Origin: Candidatus Poribacteria bacterium
Lineage (GTDB): Bacteria > Poribacteria > WGA-4E > GCA-2687025
Assembly: GCA_963665845.2 (NCBI GenBank)
Contig: OY762492.1
Location: forward strand, 2,016,001-2,080,000
DNA length: 64,000 bases
Direction: 5' to 3'
Shown: in pieces, positions 10,376 to 20,048 of the stretch
Layout of the letters: each line of letters opens with the position of its first letter
Numbering within the stretch: the first letter of the stretch is position 1
Program-made: the position numbers and the translations under genes
The notes under the pieces: model-generated
What the model was told of the DNA's origin: nothing
Seen by the model: only the letters and a program-made list of their open reading frames with translations
The model's database searches: none

Positions 10376-11079
10376 TGAGCTCATACGAGAAAATAAGCGT
10401 CGTCATCCCGGTCTATAACGAAAAAGCGACTCTGCTCGAAATCATCGAAAAGGTGCGCTCGGCGGATGTGGCGGGTCTTGAAAAAGAGATTGTGCTGGTG
10501 GACGACTATTCAACGGACGGCTCGCGCAATATGCTGCAGGAAATCGAAGCGTCCGAGCCGCCCGACCTGCGCTTCGGCTACCATGAGGCGAATCAAGGCA
10601 AGGGCGCCGCGCTGCGCACCGGCTTTGAGATCGCGTCCGGCGATCTGATCATCATTCAGGACGCCGATCTGGAGTACAACCCTGACGAGTATCCGAAGCT
10701 GCTGGAGCCGCTGCTGTCGGACGAGGCGGATGTGGTGTACGGGTCGCGTTTTCTGAAGGGCGCGCAGAGCGAGGCGTGGCACACCTTCGGCAACCGCTTT
10801 TTGACGGCGGTTTCAAACCTGTTCACCGGGCTGAAGTTGACCGACATGGAGACATGCTACAAGCTGATGCCGGCGGAGGTGGTGAAGAATATCCCGCTGC
10901 GCTCCGACCGGTTCGGCTTTGAGCCGGAGATCACGGCAAAGCTGGCGCGCCGGCGCATGCGAATCGTGGAGCGTCCGATCACATACAGCCGGCGCGGATA
11001 CGACGAGGGAAAGAAGATCAACTGGAAAGACGGAGCCGCCGCGATCTACCACATCATACGGTACCGCATCGCCGACTAA
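10372..11079 (+). CDS. GT2 glycosyltransferase (polyprenol-phosphate glycosyltransferase-like)
   Basis: VVIPVYNE, VDDYSTDGS, NQGKGAA, QDADLEY and TDMETCYK. Confidence 0.92.
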   Translation: MMSSYEKISVVIPVYNEKATLLEIIEKVRSADVAGLEKEIVLVDDYSTDGSRNMLQEIEASEPPDLRFGYHEANQGKGAALRTGFEIASGDLIIIQDADLEYNPDEYPKLLEPLLSDEADVVYGSRFLKGAQSEAWHTFGNRFLTAVSNLFTGLKLTDMETCYKLMPAEVVKNIPLRSDRFGFEPEITAKLARRRMRIVERPITYSRRGYDEGKKINWKDGAAAIYHIIRYRIAD

Positions 11080-11089
11080 GAGACGGTCG

Positions 11090-11279
11090 CTGACCTTATG
11101 CATAAAGTAGGGACATTTGAATTGACGATCGCTCTATTCATGGGAAAAAGGCTTCGCCAACCAGACCGTCCCCCGCTTACGCGAGGGCATGCATTCCCGC
11201 GTAAGCGGGAATCTAGAGGCGGCGAAGAAGACGTCCGCGTTCGCCCGCCAGCATGTCCCTACTTAAGACGTGAGGTCAG
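11090..11279. mobile_element. MITE family A, full length with 22-nt insert
   Basis: TIRs CTGACCTTATGCATAAAGTAGGGACAT / ATGTCCCTACTTAAGACGTGAGGTCAG; internal ATTCCC-N8-GGGAAT. Confidence 0.85.
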
Positions 11280-11348
11280 ACAGTTTCTATGCGCGGCTAA
11301 AACCCCCCTAGCCCCCCTTTTCAAGGGGGGAATCGGACGAGGCGGGGG

Positions 11349-12374
11349 TTACGCTTCCACCTCCCATGTGTCGCCGGATTCAAACAGCTCTTGGAGCGTT
11401 TGACCGCCGCCTTTTTCCGTTTCAGCGTTCACCTGATCAGCCATCATGTCTTCGTAGCATGGGCGTTCGATGTTTCGGATGACGCCGACGGGGCGCGGGA
11501 AATCTTTGCGCTCTTGGAATGTGGCAAGGATGCCGGCAAGCAGTCCCGATTCGTCATGTTCGTCATGGACGAGCGCGTCGTCGGCGCCGTAGGCGCCCGC
11601 TTTCAGATCGATGACATGCGGCTGCAGTCCGTCCAGCCGTATCGCCTTGTCCCGTTCGCGCCCGAAGATCATCGGCTTTCCATGCTCAAGGTAAAGCATG
11701 GCGTCCATCTTCGAATTTTTGTCAACAAATTCTGCGAAGGCTCCCCCGTTGAACACGTGGCAGTCCTGGTAGATTTCAAAAAAGACGGCTCCATGATGCT
11801 CCGCCGCGCGTCGAATCATGGCTCCCATGTGTTTCAGATCGCGGTCGATGGAGCGGATGATCATGGGCGCGTTGGCGGCAAGCGCAATGCGCAGCGGGTT
11901 GAACGGCGTGTCGATGGAGCCGACCATCGATTTGTGTACCACTTTTTGTCCTGTCGGCGATGTGGGCGAGTACTGCCCTTTCGTCAAGCCGTACACCTGG
12001 TTGTTGAAAAGCAGCAGCGTGACATCCAGATTTCGCCTGAAGAGATGCAGGAGGTGGTTGCCGCCGATGCTGAGACTGTCGCCGTCCCCTGTGACGATCC
12101 AGATGTCCAGATCGGGCCGCGTCGCTTTCAGCCCGGTGGCGATGGCGGGCGCCCGTCCGTGTATCGTGTGAAAGCCGTAGGTACCCATGTAGTATGGAAA
12201 ACGGCTTGAGCATCCGATGCCGGAGATGAAGGCAACCTCATGCGGCGGGCGCCCAAGAGCAGGGAGCGTCCGCTTGATGGAGGCGAGGATGGCGTAATCC
12301 CCGCATCCGGGGCACCACCGCACCGTCTGGTCAGATTCGAAATCTTCTGGCGTGAGCGTTTGTGCAGCTTTCAT
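11349..12374 (-). CDS. korB: 2-oxoacid:ferredoxin oxidoreductase beta subunit
   Basis: WCPGCGD, SGIGCS, HGRA, GDGD and YGLTKGQYSPT; ATG 12374 with GGAG. Confidence 0.93.
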   Translation of the reverse strand: MKAAQTLTPEDFESDQTVRWCPGCGDYAILASIKRTLPALGRPPHEVAFISGIGCSSRFPYYMGTYGFHTIHGRAPAIATGLKATRPDLDIWIVTGDGDSLSIGGNHLLHLFRRNLDVTLLLFNNQVYGLTKGQYSPTSPTGQKVVHKSMVGSIDTPFNPLRIALAANAPMIIRSIDRDLKHMGAMIRRAAEHHGAVFFEIYQDCHVFNGGAFAEFVDKNSKMDAMLYLEHGKPMIFGRERDKAIRLDGLQPHVIDLKAGAYGADDALVHDEHDESGLLAGILATFQERKDFPRPVGVIRNIERPCYEDMMADQVNAETEKGGGQTLQELFESGDTWEVEA

Positions 12375-14262
12375 TGATCGCGGACGCTCCTCTCTTCTGT
12401 TCGTCAAGCATCGATTCTGCCTTGCAGACAATCTCGGATGCGAATATGGGCTGTCCTTGTACCTTGTTGAACCCTTCCGCATCAATCAGGTACTTGGCGC
12501 GGATATAGTGGCGCAGCTGCCCCAGATTCATTTCTGGGATGAGAATACGCTTGAACCGCTTGAGGATCTCCCCAAGGTCGTTTGGCAGCGGGTTGAGCCA
12601 GCGCAGATGAACGCGCGCGACGGAGCTTCCTTTAGCGAGCAGCTGATCGGTCGCCGCGCGGATGGAGCCGTAGGAGCTTCCCCATCCCAGGATGAGCAGG
12701 TCGCCTTCAGGGTCGCCGTCCACCTTGGTGGGCGGTATCTCGCGCGCGACGCGCTGCACCTTTTCAGCCCTGTACAGCGTCATTTTTTCATGGTTGTCGG
12801 AATCGTAGCTCACATTTCCCGACCCGTCCTCTTTTTCAAGCCCGCCGATGCGGTGTTCCAGACCCGGCGTCCCAGGGACTGCCCAGGGTCTTGCCAGCGT
12901 GGCGGGATCGCGCGAATACGGTTCAAAGCCTTCAGGGTCCGCCGCAAACTGCGGCTGAATGTCCGGCAGGCTGCTTAGGTCCGGAATGGGCCAAGGCTCC
13001 GTTCCGTTGCCGAGGTAGCCGTCCGACAGGAGCAGGACAGGCGTCATATACTTGACGGCGATGCGCGCCGCTTCATAGATGACGTCGAAGCAGTCTGACG
13101 GGCGCGATGTCGCCAGGACGGGCAGCGGGCTTTCGCCGTGCCGTCCGCCGATGGCTTGAAACAGGTCCGACTGCTCCGTCTTGGTCGGCAAGCCGGTGCT
13201 GGGTCCGCCGCGTTGAATGTTGCAGACGATCATCGGCAGCTCAACCGAGATGGCGAGGCTCAACGCCTCCTGTTTGAGCGCGATGCCGGGTCCGGAGGAG
13301 GCGGTCACGGCGAGCGAGCCGCCGTATGCCGCGCCGACGGCGGCGCACATCGCGGCGATTTCATCTTCCGCTTGGAAGGTACGCGCGCCGAATCGCTTGT
13401 AGCTCGCCAGCTCATGAAGGATCGCGCTTGCCGGCGTGATCGGATAGCCGGAGTAAAAGAGCGGCAGACCCGACTTTTGAGAGGCGGCAAGCAAGCCGAA
13501 AGCAAGCCCTGTGTTGCCGTTGATGTTGCGGTATTTGCCCGGCTGCAGTATAGCGGGCTTCACCTCATAGGACGCCGCAAACAGATCGGTCGCTTCGGCA
13601 TAGATATGCCCCGCCTTGAGAGCGGCGATGTTCGGCTCAATGTACTTCCGGCGGTTCGGTCGATCAAAGTAGGTCTGGATCCACTTGACGGTGTGTTCCA
13701 GCGGTCTATTGAAGAGCCAGAAGACCATGCCGAGGGCGAACATGTTTTTGGCGCGGTCTATCTCTTTTTTGGAAAGGCGGTCTTTCTCTTCTTCAAGCTT
13801 GGCGAACTCTTCCAGCGCCTTGTTGGTCAGGTCGATCATATCGACCGTGATGACCTGGTATTTGTCCAGATCGCTGGTTTCGAGCGGGTTCTGGTCGTAG
13901 CCGGCGAGTCGGAGGTTTTTGGCGCTGTTGAAGGACGGCTCATTGGTGAGAATGATGCCGTTCGGCTTGACGAGATGCAGGCTCATTTTGAGCGCGGCGG
14001 GGTTCATGGCGATCAGCACATCAACCTGGTCGCCAGGCGTGTGGATGTCTTTGCTGCTGAATCGCACCTGGAAGCTGCTGATGCCGTGTAAAGTGCCGGC
14101 TGGGGCGCGTATTTCGGCTGGGAAGTCCGGCAGCGTGCTGAGGTCGTTGCCGAACAGGGCGGAGGTGTTGGCGAACTGGTCGCCGGACACCTGCATCCCG
14201 GTGCCTGAGTCGTCCGCAAATCGGATGACCGCTTCTTGAAGTTCTACAGCTGATTTCGCCAT
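12331..14262 (-). CDS. korA: 2-oxoacid:ferredoxin oxidoreductase alpha (gamma-alpha fused) subunit
   Basis: AEIRAPAG, YPITPAS, QAEDEIAA and RGGPSTGLPT. Confidence 0.93.
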   Translation of the reverse strand: MAKSAVELQEAVIRFADDSGTGMQVSGDQFANTSALFGNDLSTLPDFPAEIRAPAGTLHGISSFQVRFSSKDIHTPGDQVDVLIAMNPAALKMSLHLVKPNGIILTNEPSFNSAKNLRLAGYDQNPLETSDLDKYQVITVDMIDLTNKALEEFAKLEEEKDRLSKKEIDRAKNMFALGMVFWLFNRPLEHTVKWIQTYFDRPNRRKYIEPNIAALKAGHIYAEATDLFAASYEVKPAILQPGKYRNINGNTGLAFGLLAASQKSGLPLFYSGYPITPASAILHELASYKRFGARTFQAEDEIAAMCAAVGAAYGGSLAVTASSGPGIALKQEALSLAISVELPMIVCNIQRGGPSTGLPTKTEQSDLFQAIGGRHGESPLPVLATSRPSDCFDVIYEAARIAVKYMTPVLLLSDGYLGNGTEPWPIPDLSSLPDIQPQFAADPEGFEPYSRDPATLARPWAVPGTPGLEHRIGGLEKEDGSGNVSYDSDNHEKMTLYRAEKVQRVAREIPPTKVDGDPEGDLLILGWGSSYGSIRAATDQLLAKGSSVARVHLRWLNPLPNDLGEILKRFKRILIPEMNLGQLRHYIRAKYLIDAEGFNKVQGQPIFASEIVCKAESMLDEQKRGASAINESCTNAHARRFRI

Positions 14263-14286
14263 ATCAAGCGCTTTCTACTGTTTGAG

Positions 14287-14829
14287 TTAGGCGCCCTCCG
14301 GGGAGCGCGTCGGCCTCCGTTCGATGGGCTGCGGCGGCAAATTCAGCACTTCCACTGGAAAATGATCCACCACAAACTCCATGATATTTCGGACGGAGAC
14401 GACCGCCAAAGCCCGCTGCTCATCGTCCACAATCGGCAGATGGCGGTAATGTCCGTCATACATACGGCGGATTGCCGTACCTATTGTATCGTCACAATTC
14501 GCCGTTGTAGGATTTTTCACCATGATTTCGCTGACCAGCTTTTCGGCGGAGGCGTCAATCTCCGGCGCCGCTTTTAGCAAAAGATCGCGTTCGGTGATGA
14601 TTCCCACGATCCGTTTCTCCTCGTCCACGACCGGCAAACAACCGACCCTGTTCGCAATCATCGCTTCAACGACCTGCGCGATCGTTGTATCCGGCTTGAC
14701 CATGAGACCGACGTTGCGCATCTGAAGTTCGCTCACAGGCGTCTCAAACGCCACATCGGGCAATTCTGGATACACATGATCAATTTCTTCTTCAAAACGG
14801 TCCAGGTCTTCCTGTACGGGATCGTACAT
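14287..14829 (-). CDS. CBS-domain protein
   Basis: CBS pair (VGIITERDLL, YRHLPIVD); AGGAG RBS before ATG 14829. Confidence 0.88.
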   Translation of the reverse strand: MYDPVQEDLDRFEEEIDHVYPELPDVAFETPVSELQMRNVGLMVKPDTTIAQVVEAMIANRVGCLPVVDEEKRIVGIITERDLLLKAAPEIDASAEKLVSEIMVKNPTTANCDDTIGTAIRRMYDGHYRHLPIVDDEQRALAVVSVRNIMEFVVDHFPVEVLNLPPQPIERRPTRSPEGA

Positions 14830-14866
14830 CTCATAACTCCTATAACGCTCATGGAGCGGTTTCAGT

Positions 14867-15298
14867 TTACTTCGATTCTCCCAGCTCATGCGCTTCAAGC
14901 CGCTGCGCCAGATAGTCGACCATCGAGCGCACCGACACAATGCAGCCCAACTTGTCCTCCTCGTCAAAGAGCGGAATGTACCGGTATCCGCCGACATGCA
15001 TATGGTGCAGCGCAAACACGATGCTGTCGTCCATATGCAGCGTTGTCGGGCGCGCCGTCATCAGCTGAGAAATCGGCTGGTCAAGGCTCTCGTCGCCCTG
15101 CAGAAACAGCTTGTTGAGAACATCCCGCTCGGTGAAAATGCCGAGAAGAGCGCCGTCGTCGTCCACAATGAGAACGGCGCCTCCGTTGCGCACTTTCATC
15201 ATTTCGATGGCGTCGCGCGCGGGAGTGTCCGGCGGAGCGACAAGCGGCTTGCACACGTACAACTCGGTGATCGGCTGCTGCAATTTTTCAGCGTCCAT
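14867..15298 (-). CDS. CBS-domain protein
   Basis: CBS pair (LGIFTERDVL, YRYIPL); GGAGAGGAG RBS. Confidence 0.88.
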   Translation of the reverse strand: MDAEKLQQPITELYVCKPLVAPPDTPARDAIEMMKVRNGGAVLIVDDDGALLGIFTERDVLNKLFLQGDESLDQPISQLMTARPTTLHMDDSIVFALHHMHVGGYRYIPLFDEEDKLGCIVSVRSMVDYLAQRLEAHELGESK

Positions 15299-15316
15299 GT
15301 TTTTCTCCTCTCCTGT

Positions 15317-16333
15317 TTAGTCGCCTGACATCATCTCGGCGATGGTCGCCTCTCGACCTTCTTCCGAACTTTTGATGCCGGCGAAGACCATCGCCATGGA
15401 TTTGATATTGTCCTGACTGGAGCATTCCGGCTCCCGCCCCTCCGAAATCGCCGAAACGAATTCAGCTAGCAGGGCGTCCTGCCCCTGAAGCGGCGGCTTG
15501 TCTAAAGGCTCGGCGCGCCTGCCCGGCTCCTTGGCTGGGCTAAAGGCGGTGCGGTAGATCGTATCCTCTTCCCATGTGAGCGACCCGTTCGGACCCTCAA
15601 TGCGCCATTCGCCGTTCCACGGGGACGACTTGCCGACGCTGCTGCCGAGGGCGTGGTGCGTCGCTGTCAACCCGCCTTCAAACTGAAAAATGGCGGTGTG
15701 TCCAGCGTCTCCCGCGTGCCATCCCCATTCAGGGTTCCATGTCTGGGCGTAGACGGAGATCGGCTCGCGGTTCAACACATAACGCATCATGTCGAAATGG
15801 TGGATGCCCATGTCGGTGATGAGCGGGTACGGCATCGTCGTGTAATGGGAGCCGGGGCGGGACGCCCATGCCTTGTAAAAGCCGACGACCGCATGCTTCG
15901 GCGCGCCGATGACGCCTTCGTCTAGAAGTCTGCGCGTTGTGCGCGGGACGGCGCCGAAGCGGTAGTTCTGCGCGATCATGTGCGTCAAGCCGCTCTCTTT
16001 GGCGGCGGCGGTCATGCGCAGCGCCGCTTCAAACGTGTCGCTCATCGGCTTTTCGCCGATCACATGGAGTCCATGTTGAAACGCTTCCATGGCGACCGGC
16101 TCATGCGCGGCGGGCGGGGTGACGTCGCAGACGAAGTCGGCGTCCGCGTTTTGAACAGCCGCCTCTATCGACGCAAAGACGCGGTCGGGCGGAAGGTTCC
16201 AGTCGCGCGTTACGGCTTCTCTCCTGCCTTCGCTCAGCTCCACATAGCCGACCAGTTCGACATTCGGGTTGTTGTTGCAGACGTTGAGCCAGCTTCGGGC
16301 GCGTCCGCCGAGTCCGACCAGCAAACCTTTCAT
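15317..16333 (-). CDS. Gfo/Idh/MocA family oxidoreductase
   Basis: VGLGG Rossmann start, EKP, QNYRF and DMGIHHFD. Confidence 0.9.
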   Translation of the reverse strand: MKGLLVGLGGRARSWLNVCNNNPNVELVGYVELSEGRREAVTRDWNLPPDRVFASIEAAVQNADADFVCDVTPPAAHEPVAMEAFQHGLHVIGEKPMSDTFEAALRMTAAAKESGLTHMIAQNYRFGAVPRTTRRLLDEGVIGAPKHAVVGFYKAWASRPGSHYTTMPYPLITDMGIHHFDMMRYVLNREPISVYAQTWNPEWGWHAGDAGHTAIFQFEGGLTATHHALGSSVGKSSPWNGEWRIEGPNGSLTWEEDTIYRTAFSPAKEPGRRAEPLDKPPLQGQDALLAEFVSAISEGREPECSSQDNIKSMAMVFAGIKSSEEGREATIAEMMSGD

Positions 16334-16340
16334 ACGCTTT

Positions 16341-16874
16341 TCATCCGCTTTCGTTTGAGTTGTTGGCGTTCGTTCGCTCCCATTCTAACAGCCATGCTTT
16401 GCGGTGTATTTGTCCGCCGTATCCTCCGAGCGTTCCGTCTTTGGCGATGACGCGGTGGCACGGGATGAAGAGAGCGATCGGATTTCGGGCGTTGGCGCTG
16501 CCGACAAACCGCGCGCCGAGGCGCCCGTAGTTCAGCTGTCGGGCGATGTCGGAATAGGCGCGCGTTTCGCCGGGGGGTATCTGTTGAACGGCGCGCAGAG
16601 CGTTCATCGTCGGCTGCGGGAGTACGGGATCGACAGGCAAGCCGTTCAGCGCGTTCACATCGCCTTCAAAGTACGCCTCCAGCTTCTCGGCGGCATGGCG
16701 GGCGAATTTGCGGCGCGCGGGGGGCGCGTCGGGATGGGCGTTCCGCCAAGCTTGGCAGCGTTCATCGAACTTCTCGCAAGTTTCGAACGCGGCGGCAACG
16801 ACAGCGTCCGCGGAGGTGGCGGCGCGGAAGGCTCCAAGCGGCGTTTCAATCTGCTGAACGATGAGCGGTTCCAC
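16341..16874 (-). CDS. ogt: Methylated-DNA--protein-cysteine S-methyltransferase
   Basis: IPPGETRAY and NPIALFIPCHRV active site; GTG start. Confidence 0.93.
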   Translation of the reverse strand: MEPLIVQQIETPLGAFRAATSADAVVAAAFETCEKFDERCQAWRNAHPDAPPARRKFARHAAEKLEAYFEGDVNALNGLPVDPVLPQPTMNALRAVQQIPPGETRAYSDIARQLNYGRLGARFVGSANARNPIALFIPCHRVIAKDGTLGGYGGQIHRKAWLLEWERTNANNSNESG

Positions 16875-16888
16875 GAATCTGCCTCGCG

Positions 16889-17536
16889 TTAAAAATAGAC
16901 GGTAAAACCGATGCCGCCGACGACAGACGCCTGCGTTCGGGAGTCTTTGTCCACTTTGGTCGTGTCGGAGAGGATGTTTCTCTTCGCTTCAGTTTCGTAT
17001 GAAATGATGCGTTCAGTGCGGGTGTACCGCTCTCTTGACACGCTTTGACCGAATTCGATATTCAGCCCGAACCGTTCTTGCGGCGCGACCCCGAACCATT
17101 TGTCCACATAAAACTCCACGCCGAGGAGAAGGTGTCCGATCGTTTCATACTCCTCATATTTGTCATCGCGGACGATGTAGTTTTTAAATACGGGCGGGCT
17201 GTCGGCAGGGTACGTGTATTCTGGATGTTCGTATAGGCTGTCGTACAGGTCGCCTCTCAATCCGACGCCTGGGTTCAGGTAGATTTTGTACCCCGCGGCG
17301 CGTCCGACCACGATGGGCGCTTGCAGTCCGATCAGGTAGTCGCTGTCGGACCCATCTTGCCAGTAATGCCCGACAAGCCGCAGATGGAGCGGGTCCAATC
17401 CGCGGTAGGAGGCGCAGAGTCCGCCGATGTAGGGGGCGATGCCTTGCATTCCAGCTCCCCATTTAAAGGTGTTGTCGGCGTTGGCTCCGCCCGCCGCCGC
17501 GAGAATTGCCGCGCATAGAAACAACCGCTTGAACAT
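16889..17536 (-). CDS. Putative small outer-membrane beta-barrel protein
   Basis: Signal peptide ending ANA, amphipathic strands, C-terminal GFTVYF. Confidence 0.6.
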   Translation of the reverse strand: MFKRLFLCAAILAAAGGANADNTFKWGAGMQGIAPYIGGLCASYRGLDPLHLRLVGHYWQDGSDSDYLIGLQAPIVVGRAAGYKIYLNPGVGLRGDLYDSLYEHPEYTYPADSPPVFKNYIVRDDKYEEYETIGHLLLGVEFYVDKWFGVAPQERFGLNIEFGQSVSRERYTRTERIISYETEAKRNILSDTTKVDKDSRTQASVVGGIGFTVYF

Positions 17537-17703
17537 GACGCATCGCTCTCCGTCTTCAGAATTTGCGTTGCTTTGAGTTGATCATAGCGCATTGAGGCGC
17601 GCGATGCAAACGGCCGATCCATGCTGTCCCCCGCTTCCGCGAGGGCATGCATTTCCGCGCAAGCGGGAATCTTAAGGCGTCGCAGCCGTTGCGCCCGCCC
17701 TTT

Positions 17704-17870
17704 AAACCCCCCTAGCCCCCCTTTTCAAGGGGGGAATCGGAGGAGGCGCCCCTTTTCAAGGGGAAATCGGAGGCGGCGCCCCTTTTCAAGGGAGGAATCG
17801 GAGGAGGCGCCCCTTTTCAAGGGGAATCGGAGGAGGCGACGCCATTTTCAAGGGGAATCGGAGGAGGCGG
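17704..17870. repeat. Tandem array (5 x ~30 bp) of CCCCTTTTCAAGGGG hairpin repeat
   Basis: Unit GGCGCCCCTTTTCAAGGGGAATCGGAGGA; last unit supplies the WD40 stop codon. Confidence 0.9.
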
Positions 17871-19797
17871 GGCTGTTCCGGTCGGGGACGACCCATAAGA
17901 GGAGCGTTCCGTCGCCGCTTGTACTGGCGAGCGTCTTGCCGTCCGGCGAAAAGCCTACCCAGTTCACGTCGCCCGTATGCCCCTCAAAGGTGTAGAGAAG
18001 CGCGCCGTCCCTGCTCCATACCCGAACGGCGTTGTCCTTGCTTCCGCTGGCGATCATCGTACCGTCAGGGGAATACGCCGCCGACATGACCGCCTCTTTA
18101 TGTTTAAGCGTCTGAAGCAGCTTGCCCGTCTCGGCGTCGTATATCCGAACCGCCCCGTCTTCAAATGCGGCGGCGAATGTCGCTGGTGTAGAACGCCTGT
18201 CCGGCGAATAGACCGCCGAATGAATGCCGCTCGCGTGTTTGAACGTTTTGAGCAGATCGCCGGCGTCGGCGCTCCATAGGCGTATCGTCTTGTCCCGCCC
18301 GGCGCTGAGGATCGTTTTTCCGTCCGGCGAATAGACCGCCGACACGACCGCGTCCGTATGTCCAGTAAGCGTTTTGAGAGGCGCGCCTGTTCCTGCGTCC
18401 CATGTCCGTATCGTACGGTCGGCGCCGGCGGATACGACCGCAATTGCGTTTGGGGAAAACGACAGATGCTCAATTGCCTCCGTATGCCCTTTGAGACTAA
18501 GTATCGACTCCCCTGTCGCTGCGTTTCCCAGCTCAATGGAATGGCTTGTTGTCGCCCAGACAGCCATCGTTCCGTCCGGCGAATACGCGAAACATTTTTC
18601 TGACGCGCGCGCAAAGTGACTGTCGAGACGATTTCCGGCGCGGAGGTCCCACATATACAGAAGCCCAAAATATGGGAGGATGATCTTTGTTCCGTCCGGC
18701 GAAAGCGCGGCGAACTCAAAGCCGCCGGTATGCCCCTCAATTTCATGAACAAGCGCGCGTATCTCGATGTTCCAAATGCAAATAGACCCCAAGAATTCCA
18801 AACCTGCAATGAAATGTCCGTCAGGAGAAAAAGCGAACTGGAGGAAACTGGCATCGAACGGCTGGAGAGGCGATCCATAGGCGGCGCTCCACATCCGCAG
18901 ACGTTCTCCGGCGCCGGCAAGAATACGACCGTCCGGCGAAAACGCCACCGAATGGTTCCAACGCGCCCCTAGAATATTGAGAAGCGCGCCTCCCCCGCCG
19001 ATAGACTCGGCGTTCCAGATACGCGCGGCATTGATGTCGCTGCTGGCGATCCTCTTTCCGTCCGGCGAATACGCGACCGATTCAACCGCTTCCCGATGCC
19101 CTTTAAATGTATCGAGAAGCGCGCCCGTCTCGGCGCTCCATATTTTGACGGTCTTGTCGCCGCTGCCGCTGGCGATCTTCGTCCCGTCCGGCGAGTAGGC
19201 GATGGCGTTGACCCTGCCCTGATGCCCCTCAAGCGTCTGGATCGGATCGCCCGTCTCGGCGTTCCATATTCGGATCGTCTTGTCGCCGCTGCCGCTGGCG
19301 ATCATCGTTCCGTCCGGCGAATAGGCGACCGCATTGATTATGTCCTGATGCCCTTCAAGCGTCTGGATCGGATCGCCCGTTTCGGCATTCCATATTTTGA
19401 CGGTCTTGTCGCCGCTTCCGCTGACAATTTTTGTCCCGTCCGGCGAATACGCTGCCGAATAGACAGGCTCCTTATGTCCTCGGAGCAGGGCAATCTCTTT
19501 TCCGTAGCGCGCGTCGTAGATCCATACGCCGATGCTTCCGCCGACCGCGATTCGGCGGCTGTCCGGCGAATAAGCGATGGAATGCGCGTAGCCTTTGCCG
19601 ATGCGCATCTTGGCGCCATCGGGAAGACCGAGCGGAGAAACCTGCGGGAAGCTTCCCGGACGAAAGGTAACAGTAATCGACATCAGAGAGTCCTGATAAG
19701 CGGCGCGCCGGATGGAAGACGCCTCAACAGAGACGCAGGCGAAGACGCATGCGCAGAGCCAATAAAGGAGCCGTTTGGCGCCGCTAAGGTTGTTCAT
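17848..19797 (-). CDS. Secreted WD40-repeat protein
   Basis: Signal-like N-terminus, LPDGAKMRIGKG, many GH..AYSPDG..W repeats; AAGGAG RBS. Confidence 0.92.
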   Translation of the reverse strand: MNNLSGAKRLLYWLCACVFACVSVEASSIRRAAYQDSLMSITVTFRPGSFPQVSPLGLPDGAKMRIGKGYAHSIAYSPDSRRIAVGGSIGVWIYDARYGKEIALLRGHKEPVYSAAYSPDGTKIVSGSGDKTVKIWNAETGDPIQTLEGHQDIINAVAYSPDGTMIASGSGDKTIRIWNAETGDPIQTLEGHQGRVNAIAYSPDGTKIASGSGDKTVKIWSAETGALLDTFKGHREAVESVAYSPDGKRIASSDINAARIWNAESIGGGGALLNILGARWNHSVAFSPDGRILAGAGERLRMWSAAYGSPLQPFDASFLQFAFSPDGHFIAGLEFLGSICIWNIEIRALVHEIEGHTGGFEFAALSPDGTKIILPYFGLLYMWDLRAGNRLDSHFARASEKCFAYSPDGTMAVWATTSHSIELGNAATGESILSLKGHTEAIEHLSFSPNAIAVVSAGADRTIRTWDAGTGAPLKTLTGHTDAVVSAVYSPDGKTILSAGRDKTIRLWSADAGDLLKTFKHASGIHSAVYSPDRRSTPATFAAAFEDGAVRIYDAETGKLLQTLKHKEAVMSAAYSPDGTMIASGSKDNAVRVWSRDGALLYTFEGHTGDVNWVGFSPDGKTLASTSGDGTLLLWVVPDRNSPASSDSP

Positions 19798-19824
19798 GTG
19801 TTCTCCTTGCCATGCCGCATTGTT

Positions 19825-19854
19825 ATCGTAACACGGCGCCGGGCGGGGCGTCAA
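19825..19854 (-). promoter_or_regulatory. Putative sigma70 promoter of WD40 gene
   Basis: TTGACG-18bp-TACGAT with TGn extension. Confidence 0.6.
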
Positions 19855-19864
19855 GACTGCAGAG

Positions 19865-19954
19865 CTGACCTTACGTCTTAAGTTGGGACATGTCGGCATT
19901 CGAACGCGGGCGTCGCTGTCGGCGCCTCTGGATTCCCGCTTGCGCGGGAATGAC
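19865..19954. mobile_element. MITE family A half copy
   Basis: TIR CTGACCTTACGTCTTAAGTTGGGACAT; homology stops at the palindrome. Confidence 0.75.
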
Positions 19955-20048
19955 AAGAGGGGATGCGGGAATGACGGCTTGGTTGGCGGCGCCTTGCGTC
20001 AGCGGCGTCGGCGGGGTATCGTTACCGCAACGCGCGGAGGAAAGGCGC

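Noticed and set aside
11098-11403. Short ORFs containing SFPRKRES, VIPAQAGI, HSRVSGN or PLFKGG peptides (also 6350, 7553, 35071, 46263, 58039, 62854)
   Set aside because: Translations of non-coding repeats in various frames; MITE-derived N-terminal extensions of real genes were trimmed for the same reason.
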